Shown: in pieces, positions 19,980 to 27,618 of the stretch
Layout: each line of letters begins with the position of its first letter
How positions within the stretch are numbered: position 1 is the stretch's first letter
Assembly (NCBI RefSeq): GCF_020923435.1
Contig: NZ_CP087263.1
Location: forward strand, 885,970 to 949,969
Source of the DNA: Brevibacillus humidisoli
GTDB taxonomy: Bacteria > Bacillota > Bacilli > Brevibacillales > Brevibacillaceae
DNA: 64,000 bases
Reading direction: 5' to 3'
The notes under the pieces: model-generated
Seen by the model: the letters and a program-made list of their open reading frames with translations, nothing else
What the model was told of the DNA's origin: nothing
Database searches by the model: none
Translations under genes and position numbers: made by a program

Positions 19980-20673
19980 ATTTTAGTTCCCTTTGTTGTT
20001 TTAACGCATCCAGATCGATAATGACGATGCGGCTTCGATCTGCTTTCAAGATATCTTCCTTGCCTAGTTGGTTCAGCAGCCGATTGATGGTTTCTCTCGT
20101 CGTGCCGACAGCATTGGCAAATTCCTGGTGCGTCATCGGCAGGTTGATCGTGATTCTGTTATCTTTCATCTCTCCGTGTTGTTCGGCCAGGTGCAACAAG
20201 AAAGAGAGCAGGCGATGTTTGACGTCCTGTCCAGACAACACTTGAAGCTTTTCTTGAAGCTCCCTGATTTTATCTCCCATCACACGCATTAACTTGATGG
20301 CGATCGGCGGGGTCTGCAGCATTAAACGCTCAAACAAACGCACCGGAATAGCCAACAGCTGCGTATCGACGATGGTTTCCGCCGTTGCCGGATAGGGATC
20401 TTGATTAAAAAAGCCGGTATGTGGAAACATGTCGCCGGACTTTAAAAACGAGACGATATGTTCGTGCCCGTCTTCGTCCGTTTTATACGTTTTGACCAAC
20501 CCTTCCCGAATGAAGAAGACAGCTTCCTTCTCGCTCCCTTCTGAAAAAATGACCGATTTTTTCGAAGCATACCGGGATATGGTGATTTCCTCTACTCGTT
20601 CTATTTCCTGCCTGTTCAGATCGCGGAATATGGGTACCTGTTGAAGAAATGTGGTCGTCCCTTCCTTTGTCAT
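19978..20673 (-). CDS. Crp/Fnr family transcriptional regulator (no Cys cluster)
   Basis: 231 aa from ATG 20673 (RBS GGAGGA). cNMP-binding-like domain followed by a C-terminal HTH (THQEFANAVGTTRETINRLLNQL). The ORF track's 53-codon N-terminal extension has no RBS. Confidence 0.8.
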   Translation of the reverse strand: MTKEGTTTFLQQVPIFRDLNRQEIERVEEITISRYASKKSVIFSEGSEKEAVFFIREGLVKTYKTDEDGHEHIVSFLKSGDMFPHTGFFNQDPYPATAETIVDTQLLAIPVRLFERLMLQTPPIAIKLMRVMGDKIRELQEKLQVLSGQDVKHRLLSFLLHLAEQHGEMKDNRITINLPMTHQEFANAVGTTRETINRLLNQLGKEDILKADRSRIVIIDLDALKQQRELK

Positions 20674-20817
20674 CTGAATCCTCCTCTTTTTATCTCTCAC
20701 CGTCCAAAGCTCTAGCAATATGGTACCACATGCAACAAACCTGCCACCATTGCTGGGAGAACGGATCGGAAGAAAAGTTTGACAAAATGGTGACCTCAGG
20801 TGCAAAAGCGGCAGATG

Positions 20818-20833
20818 TGTGACAGCTCTCACA
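20818..20833 (+). promoter_or_regulatory. perfect Fnr/Crp box TGTGA-cagctc-TCACA upstream of the radical SAM gene, with a -10-like TAGGAT at 20855-20860
   Basis: Exact 5+6+5 palindrome. Shared with the divergent crp-family gene. Confidence 0.5.
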
Positions 20834-20894
20834 TCTTGTGCCTGTCGCCTGGGTTAGGATAGATTCGGCGGTCGATCCAGGGAGAGGGGAAGTG

Positions 20895-21935
20895 ATGATG
20901 CTGCCTTTTATGAAGGAGAGAGATTATCGCGAGAATCCATTTATCGTCATTTGGGAGGTGACGCGGGCGTGCGCTCTAAAGTGCCTGCATTGCCGGGCTG
21001 AAGCGCAGTATCAGGCTGATCCCCGGCAGCTGTCATACGCAGAGGGGAAAAACCTTCTTGATGATATCGCCAGGATGGATCATCCATTGGTTGTCTTTAC
21101 GGGAGGCGATCCTCTGATGCGGCCTGATCTGTTTCATCTTGCTGAATATGCGATCCAGGAAAAAGGATTGTCGGTTTCCATGACACCTAGTGCGACCCCG
21201 AGGGTAACGCGGGAAGCAATTCGCCAGGCCAAGGAGGTAGGATTGTCACGCTGGGCGTTTAGTCTGGACGGTTCCTGCACCGGGATTCACGATCATTTTC
21301 GGGGTACAAAGGGGTCCTACGATCTGACGATGCGTGCGATTGGTTGGTTGCAGGAACTGGACATTCCCTTGCAAATCAACACCACAGTATCCCGTTACAA
21401 CCTGCACGATCTGGAAGCGATCGCTGAGAAAGTGAAGGAAATGGGTGCCGTGCTGTGGAGTCTCTTTTTCCTTGTACCGACCGGTCGTGGTATGGAGAAG
21501 GATATGATCTCTGCAGAAGAGCACGAAACCGTGATGAAGTGGTTATGCCGTATGGGACCCCACTTGCCATACAGTGTGAAAGCAACCGAGGCTCCGCATT
21601 ATCGCCGTGTCCTGTTGCAGGAGCGGGAAGGTACGGGAGCGGGTGGAGCAACGATTCCGAAGCGTGCAGATCTGCTCGGCCGGGCACCCCAAGGAGTGAA
21701 CGACGGAGACGGATTCGTCTTTATCAGCCACATCGGGGAGGTATATCCAAGCGGTTTTTTACCGGTAGTTTGCGGGAACATTCGCGAGACCTCTCTGGTG
21801 GAGATCTATCGATCCTCTCCAATCATGCAGGAACTGCGGGACAAGTCGCGATTGAAAGGAAAATGTGGCGTGTGCGAATTCAAGGATTTAGGCGGAGGTT
21901 CACGCGCCAGGGCGTATGCCGTAACCGGCGATTAA
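20895..21935 (+). CDS. radical SAM/SPASM domain protein
   Basis: CxxxCxxC (CALKCLHC) radical SAM cluster motif near the N-terminus. C-terminal Cys-rich SPASM-like region (CGNIRET...CGVCEF). Start ATGATG 20895 after GAGAGGGGAAG. The Fnr box lies inside the ORF track's upstream extension, so that extension is not coding. Confidence 0.75.
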   Translation: MMLPFMKERDYRENPFIVIWEVTRACALKCLHCRAEAQYQADPRQLSYAEGKNLLDDIARMDHPLVVFTGGDPLMRPDLFHLAEYAIQEKGLSVSMTPSATPRVTREAIRQAKEVGLSRWAFSLDGSCTGIHDHFRGTKGSYDLTMRAIGWLQELDIPLQINTTVSRYNLHDLEAIAEKVKEMGAVLWSLFFLVPTGRGMEKDMISAEEHETVMKWLCRMGPHLPYSVKATEAPHYRRVLLQEREGTGAGGATIPKRADLLGRAPQGVNDGDGFVFISHIGEVYPSGFLPVVCGNIRETSLVEIYRSSPIMQELRDKSRLKGKCGVCEFKDLGGGSRARAYAVTGD

Positions 21936-22007
21936 CTGGAGAGTGACCCATCTTGCGTTTATGTGCCCCGGAATGATCGGGCGAGATGATACGAAGGAGT
22001 GATTGAG

Positions 22008-22553
22008 ATGAACCAAATACCTCACTGCGGCATGATGGCGGGGCAGGGGGAACAGGTGAGACTTTGCAAAGCACTGGCCCAACTGAAGAGGGAGCATGGA
22101 CCGCTACGTGCACAAATGGATGCTTTTGCCGATGAGGCAGCTGTAGTTGACAAGGATCAGGCCGAAACAGACTGGGGCAAGCGGCTCTGGTTGTTGAGGG
22201 AAAAAGTGGATGCCTTTGTGCAAGAGCTGGAACCTCATTCCGAGCGGGAAGAAGGAACTCTTTTTCCGCTTATGGCCAAGTACATTGGCTGGCAGGGCGG
22301 GCCGATTGCCGTGATGGAGCATGAACACGAACTGGCAAAGCGGTACCTGAAGATGTTTCTAGAAGCGGTGGAACAACTCAAGGAACCGGTAGATGCCGCA
22401 CGGGCCAAAGAGATTGCTTCATATGCCCTGCAAGCCCATGCTGTTTTAACAGATCATTTCATGAAAGAAGAGAATGTACTCTTTCCGATGGCGGAAAACA
22501 TGTTGAACACGGAAGAAAAAGAGGAGCTAAACCGTGCGTTTGGCCTGTCCTGA
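22008..22553 (+). CDS. hemerythrin domain (HHE cation-binding) protein
   Basis: Helix-pair His/Glu ligands (HSEREEGTLFP, MEHEHELAKRY, LTDHFMKEENVLFP). RBS AAGGAG 9 nt before ATG 22008. Confidence 0.7.
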   Translation: MNQIPHCGMMAGQGEQVRLCKALAQLKREHGPLRAQMDAFADEAAVVDKDQAETDWGKRLWLLREKVDAFVQELEPHSEREEGTLFPLMAKYIGWQGGPIAVMEHEHELAKRYLKMFLEAVEQLKEPVDAARAKEIASYALQAHAVLTDHFMKEENVLFPMAENMLNTEEKEELNRAFGLS

Positions 22554-22733
22554 CATATTTTCTGCGGCAAATGGGCAATCGCCCCTGGTGGGATCCATTT
22601 GATAAGGCCGTACTCACTCTTTCAGGGGCATGATAGGAGACCTGGGAGGGCGTGTGGCAGAGGTTGCGATCGCTTGTCCAGCCGAGATACACAGAGTGAT
22701 CTATCATCTGATTGACAGGGGGGAGCGGAGGGT

Positions 22734-23087
22734 ATGCCGGATCAATTCATAACATCGACTGGAGCAAACACGGTTGAAATCCGCTCCTATACCATGGGGC
22801 AGGATGCCGTATTCCTCGTTACAGGGGGGGAAGCTCATATCGGGGCCGCAGCAACGGCCTTCTTTTCGGAAAAGCGGACATTTGCACGCACGTCATATCG
22901 CTGCCTGGCCATCGGGAAGGGGAACTAGCTGTCCAACTAGCCCAGATGGCTTGCCGCAGGTTAGGACGAACCGCTGCTGTACTGGTAGGTATTCATCTGG
23001 ATCAACCGTCTAAGCAGGAGATTGAGTCTATCGTAGTGGAAGCAAAAAAGAAGCTGAAGCAAACACTCACGCAATGGAACGATTGAT
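22734..23087 (+). CDS. hypothetical protein (about 117 aa), interrupted by an indel in the gggaagggg run at 22914-22922
   Basis: ORF 22734..22928 (MPDQF...VFLVTGGEAHIGAAATAF...CLAIGKGN) continues in frame +2 as ELAVQLAQMACRRLGRTAAVLVGIHLDQPSKQEIESIVVEAKKKLKQTLTQWND through 23087. Family unknown. Confidence 0.3.
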
Positions 23088-23121
23088 CACTTGATCTTCT
23101 TCCGTTTGCTCGCCATTGTGA

Positions 23122-23835
23122 TTAGATGCGACAGATCTCTCTCGGGCCATTTTGCCAATGACTGATTCGGCGCAGGTACGGCGGGTCCAGGATTACAATA
23201 CGACCGTCTTCATAAGAAACCGCACCTGCTTTTTTCAGACTGGCAAGAGAGCGGTTCACACTCTCTCTTGTCGTGCCAATCATATTTGCCAATTCTGTAT
23301 TGGTGAATCGTTGTGAGAGCAGGATCTGTGATTCTTTTTCAACCCCATAGGTATTCCCCAAGCGCAGCAACAGCGAACAAAGCGTCCCCGTCTTACCGAA
23401 CAACATCAGATCGCGCAATTTTGTCTGGGTCAGTCGATGCATCAGGCCCATCCATTTCACAAACTCCACAGACAGATCGCCATGCTGCCGCAGCAATGCT
23501 TCCAGTTCACGCTGCTGAACAATGCCAACAGTAGCATCCGCTATTATTTCCGCTCCGAAGTAATGAGTTGATGTTGCAAATGGGTCAATCTGACCAAACA
23601 TATCTCCTTCGTGATACAGATAAACAATCAGGGATTTCCCATCATCAACTGCTTTCGTTATGCGAACCTTTCCTTGGGAGAGGTAGTACAGCTTATCTGC
23701 CGGGTCGCCTTCTGAAAACAGGTGGGTACCTGCGGGGAACAACTTTTCAGACATGATCTCCTTCAGCTTGGAAAATACCTTTTCAGAAAAACAGAATGTA
23801 TTCTCTATGGTTGTTTTGAGATCGCTATGGATCAT
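23122..23835 (-). CDS. Crp/Fnr family transcriptional regulator (ArfM-like, single C-terminal Cys)
   Basis: 237 aa. cNMP-binding domain (LFSEGDPADKLYYLSQGKVRITKAVDDGKSLIVYLYHEGDMFGQ) followed by an HTH (NTELANMIGTTRESVNRSLASL). Confidence 0.8.
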   Translation of the reverse strand: MIHSDLKTTIENTFCFSEKVFSKLKEIMSEKLFPAGTHLFSEGDPADKLYYLSQGKVRITKAVDDGKSLIVYLYHEGDMFGQIDPFATSTHYFGAEIIADATVGIVQQRELEALLRQHGDLSVEFVKWMGLMHRLTQTKLRDLMLFGKTGTLCSLLLRLGNTYGVEKESQILLSQRFTNTELANMIGTTRESVNRSLASLKKAGAVSYEDGRIVILDPPYLRRISHWQNGPREICRI

Positions 23836-24099
23836 CAGCGACTTCCTCCCATCTTGTTTGTTTATCTTTCACTATAGAGAAATGGACTCTTGTATGGAGT
23901 GAGGAACATCACGCCCTATGATAGAGAGAGTCCGCACGGGACGGTCTCATCAGACTGCAGACAAAGTGCAGCGGCGTGGGGGAGAGCAGCTCTTTTCCTC
24001 CAGTCGCTCCGTTGCCAACCTGCGAGGAAGCGGGACTGTCCGCTGCGCCAGTCCGAAACGGGCGGTCGTGGCCAGTGGTCACCATTTTGTAAATAAGAA

Positions 24100-24115
24100 T
24101 GTGAAGTTTATCACT
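24100..24115 (+). promoter_or_regulatory. Fnr/Crp box TGTGA-agttta-TCACT upstream of narK
   Basis: A 9/10 match to the consensus, about 110 nt before the first NarK-like coding sequence. Confidence 0.4.
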
Positions 24116-24227
24116 TATCTGGGGAGCGATAGCCATTACATTTTAGTTGACAACGTCACCCTCGGAAAGGTGAGTGAAATGAAAAGAATTTTACCTGCAC
24201 TAGACAAACTGAAATATTTTACGAAGC

Positions 24228-25655
24228 GTGAACGCTACTCGGACGGTTGGAGCGAAATGTCTCCGTACGGGCGAGAGTGGGAGGATGGATATCGTTCCCG
24301 CTGGCAGCACGATAAGGTGGTTCGCTCGACGCACGGAGTGGTACCATGTTCGTCATCTCGTTTTTGTTCCTAATCGCACCTGTGTTTTACCTGAGTCGGG
24401 CCAATGCCTTTTGGGATTTGATCGTCAGTGGTTTTTTCTCGGGATCGGGGGAGCCATTTTTTCGGTAGGTGTCACATCGCTTCCCAAGTATTACAGCAAG
24501 GAAAAGCACGGATTGGTAAACGGTGTGTACGGGATGGGAAACATCGGTACGGCCGTGACGTCGTTTATGGCACCGGTTCTGGCCAACATGTTCGGCTGGA
24601 CGACGACGGTTCAGTTGATGATCGGGCTGCTTGCTCTCTTCGCCCTGCTCAACTTTTTGCTGGGAGACCGTAACGAGCCAAAAGTGCTGACGCCGCTCAA
24701 GTCTCAACTGCACAGCGTATCCCGCAATCCGAAGCTCTGGCTGCTCAGTTTGTTCTATTTTATTACGTTCGGAGCATTCGTTGCGTTTACCGTGTACCTG
24801 CCGAACTTCCTCGTCAGCCATTTTAATCTCGACAAGGTGGATGCCGGGTTTCGCACCGCTGGGTTCATTGTCCTCTGCACGCTGATTCGGCCGGTGGGAG
24901 GGTGGCTGGCAGACCGCTGGAACACGTTCGTCGTCCTGATGGTTGTCTTTGCCGGCCTTACCGCTGCCGGCGTGATTCTCTCTTTCTCACCTTCCATCAT
25001 CATGTACACAGCGGGGTGCATGCTGGTAGCGATCTGTGCGGGGATTGGCAATGGAGCCATCTTCAAACTGGTTCCGCAGTATTTTTTGCAGCAAGCCGGA
25101 ATTGCCAACGGGATCGTCGCCATGTTCGGCGGATTGGGCGGCTTCTTTCCGCCGCTGCTGCTGCAGCTGGTTGAGCAAATCACTGGGCAGATGGCGATCG
25201 GATTCATGGCTCTCTCTGAGCTTGCTCTGGCTAGCCTGATTCTGACGACCTGGTTGTACTACCAGGAACGGCTGCAGTTGTCCAAACGAATCATAGACAG
25301 TACGACACAAGGGATATTGCTGGCCGATCCCCGCGGCGTCATTCGCCAGGTGAATCCCGCTTTTACCACCCTCACCGGGTACGCAGAAGAGGAAGCGGTC
25401 GGGAAAACCCCGCGTATATTAAAGTCTGGTGAGCAGGATCGGTCATTTTATGAAAAGATGTGGAGATCGATCCGGGAGACCGGCAGTTGGCAGGGAGAGA
25501 TCTGGAACAGACGCAAGAACGGGGAAACGTATCTGGAGTGGCTGACGATCAGCTCGATCCGCGACGACGCGGGTGAGGTAAAATATTATATCGGGATGTT
25601 CAGTGACATAACAGCCAAACGACAGGAAGAGGCAACCCCAATCAAACGCTCTTGA
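24228..25655 (+). pseudogene. narK: NarK nitrate/nitrite MFS transporter fused to a C-terminal PAS domain, N-terminal region disrupted
   Basis: From about 24420 the frame-0 ORF tracks my recollection of B. subtilis NarK from TM3 onward (FLGIGGAIFSVGVTSLPKYYSKEKHG...GIGNGAIFKLVPQYF...GFFPPLLL). About 130 aa of PAS domain follow (ILLADPRGVIRQVNPAFTTLTGY...GEIWNRRKNGETYLEWLTIS...DITAKRQ). The NarK TM2 segment ([19 protein letters not shown]...DLIVSGFF) is in another frame (24316-24438), preceded by an in-frame TAA at 24313-24315. A frameshift sits in the T6 run near 24438. TM1 is not recognisable. Confidence 0.7.
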
Positions 25656-25701
25656 ACAACCGAACAAGTAGAAACCTTGGAACGCGCCGCTCCAAGGTTT
25701 T

Positions 25702-26409
25702 TTACATTTGGCAGATTTCCGGAGGGCAGTCATCACAATAAATGGCTTCTTTCAAGTAGGCAAGATTTTTGATCAGAATTTGTCCATAGGGGAGCAGTTC
25801 GATCACCTCTTGCTTCTTCAACTCTTGCAGCATCCGGTTGACGCTTTCCCTCGTCAGGCCAATTAACATGGCCAAGTCCTTATTGGTCATGGAGAGATCG
25901 ATGAGAATTCCGTCCGGATGAGGTTTGCCGTACGTATTGCTCATGCGAATCAACGTCGAATAGAGGGCTCCTATTTTTCCGTGGAGGAGCAAGTCGCGAA
26001 ATTTTGACTGCATCCGTCTGTTAATCATGCCCAACCAACGTAGAAACTCTACACAAAATTGGCTGTTCTTGATCAACATTTTTTCCAGCCCTTGGCGGGG
26101 GACCATCCACAATTCACCCACCTTTAGCATGGAAGCAGTGAGATTGTATGTCAGTTCTTGTTCGAACAACCCGGTAACACCGACAAGGTCCCCCTCGCTT
26201 GATATCTGCAGGGTCAGTTCCTTGCCGTCCATGGTGGTTTTTGTCAGCTTCACTTGGCCTGATTGAACAAAATACACCTGATCCGCTTTTTCACCATCTA
26301 AAAATAAAACGGTACCTGGAAAACATGTTTTCTTGGCAGCCAGTGTTTCAAGACATCGCAAAAAATCGGGAGAGACCTGTTCTGCAAAGGATAAGTTGTT
26401 GCCATTCAT
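25702..26409 (-). CDS. fnr: Fnr, Bacillus-type anaerobic regulator with a C-terminal [4Fe-4S] Cys cluster
   Basis: Crp/Fnr fold with an HTH (NKDLAMLIGLTRESVNRMLQEL). C-terminus ...AIYCDDCPPEICQM gives CxxCx4C, which matches my recollection of the cluster ligands of B. subtilis Fnr. Start ATG 26409 after GGGAGTG. Convergent with narK, as in the Bacillus narK-fnr neighbourhood. Confidence 0.85.
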   Translation of the reverse strand: MNGNNLSFAEQVSPDFLRCLETLAAKKTCFPGTVLFLDGEKADQVYFVQSGQVKLTKTTMDGKELTLQISSEGDLVGVTGLFEQELTYNLTASMLKVGELWMVPRQGLEKMLIKNSQFCVEFLRWLGMINRRMQSKFRDLLLHGKIGALYSTLIRMSNTYGKPHPDGILIDLSMTNKDLAMLIGLTRESVNRMLQELKKQEVIELLPYGQILIKNLAYLKEAIYCDDCPPEICQM

Positions 26410-26610
26410 GCGGGCTTCACTCCCAGTGGAAAATACATGACAACCATAGTATACCATCCAAGCATACCATCTGAGGTGGTCATTCTAATATAGTCATTCC
26501 TACCATGCTCATAAGTACGCAACCTGCCATTCAGAAGCATCCCTAAGGAAGTTCTTTTACCTTAATGTGACGAGTTTGTTCCTATTGTAGTCGGTGCAGG
26601 AGCAAGATGG

Positions 26611-26689
26611 TGTGACGAAGATCACAATGATCTGCTCGATTTTCTTCGTTTGACAAAAAAGCGTCACCATTTGTGTGAGCAATGTCACA
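26611..26689. promoter_or_regulatory. two perfect Fnr/Crp boxes between fnr and the heme-copper oxidase operon
   Basis: TGTGAcgaagaTCACA (26611-26626) and TGTGAgcaatgTCACA (26674-26689). Also TTGACA at 26650. Confidence 0.55.
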
Positions 26690-26753
26690 AGGCAAGCGTG
26701 GGAACTGCATTATTCTGAGGGTGAAGATGACCACATGAGGGAGGTGTTCGGAG

Positions 26754-26996
26754 ATGCAAGCAGGTTTTTTTCTGGCTTGTGCGGTGCTGGTTGTGATTTG
26801 GTTCATGTACGCCATAGGCAGACCGTTAACCACATTGAAGACAGCACTGTTTCTGACGTCGGCTGCCTGGATTCCCAGCTTGTTCTATCCCTATAAGGAA
26901 GTTCATTATGCGGGCTACTTTCTGCTGGCTGCCTTGATCTTCTGGATTTCCATGGAGATACTTCGGTTGGATAAAAAGGAGAGGATCGTGCAATGA
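26754..26996 (+). CDS. small membrane protein (80 aa), first gene of the oxidase operon
   Basis: Two TM helices. RBS GGGAGGTG. Stop overlaps the next start (ATGA). Confidence 0.4.
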   Translation: MQAGFFLACAVLVVIWFMYAIGRPLTTLKTALFLTSAAWIPSLFYPYKEVHYAGYFLLAALIFWISMEILRLDKKERIVQ

Positions 26997-27115
26997 AAAA
27001 CAAAAGGGAAGATAGCAGAAATCTAAAGGGGACCTTGCTTTGTGTTTTTGCCCTGGGTCTGCTCATTCTCGCCTCGTGGTTCGGCATGTTGGCTATCTAC
27101 CTGTCCAGACAATAA
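26993..27115 (+). CDS. small single-TM protein (40 aa), possible oxidase subunit IIa-like
   Basis: Below the ORF-track cutoff. ATG overlaps the upstream stop. Sequence MKNKREDSRNLKGTLLCVFALGLLILASWFGMLAIYLSRQ, a basic N-terminus plus one TM. Followed 17 nt later by subunit II with RBS AAAGGAAG. Confidence 0.35.
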   Translation: MKNKREDSRNLKGTLLCVFALGLLILASWFGMLAIYLSRQ

Positions 27116-27132
27116 AGGAAGTAGGCGATCGT

Positions 27133-27618
27133 ATGCATATTCACCGGTATGAAAAGTATTGGCTGGTTTTTGGCTTTTTATCGATTGTAACTTTTATCGC
27201 GTTTATGTTTGTCATGACATTTTCCACAGGTCACCACACGGCCGGCGGCATGGAGGTGATTGATCCGGAGAAAGTAGCGGAGACACCTCCGTTTGACAAG
27301 CCGGGTCTTAAAAAAGTGGGGGAGAACACGTACGAAGCAGTCGTTGTCGCTATGGCTTTTGGCTACAATCCGGCCAAGCTGGAAATTCCCAAGGGAGCGA
27401 AAGTTCACTTCAAGGTGACCAGTCAAGACGTGATCCACAGTTTTAGCATTCCCGGAACGAATGTAAACATGCAGATCGTCCCCGGCCATATCAGTGAAAG
27501 AGAACACACCTTCGACAAGCCAGGGGAGTATCTCGTACTGTGCAATGAGTATTGTGGCACAGGGCACCATATGATGACAATGGAAATTGAGGTGGTAGAG
27601 CATGCCAACCATCAATAA
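27133..27618 (+). CDS. heme-copper oxidase subunit II (cupredoxin, CuA site), ba3/B-family type
   Basis: One TM plus a cupredoxin domain with CuA ligands H...CNEYCGTGHHMM. Short (161 aa), like CbaB. Confidence 0.8.
   Translation: MHIHRYEKYWLVFGFLSIVTFIAFMFVMTFSTGHHTAGGMEVIDPEKVAETPPFDKPGLKKVGENTYEAVVVAMAFGYNPAKLEIPKGAKVHFKVTSQDVIHSFSIPGTNVNMQIVPGHISEREHTFDKPGEYLVLCNEYCGTGHHMMTMEIEVVEHANHQ

Noticed and set aside
23930-24100. GC-rich, hairpin-dense region upstream of narK considered as a cobalamin or Moco riboswitch
   Set aside because: No B12-box-like or other recognisable riboswitch core could be found by eye on either strand. The region also overlaps the divergent promoter of the crp-family gene. 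Left unassigned.
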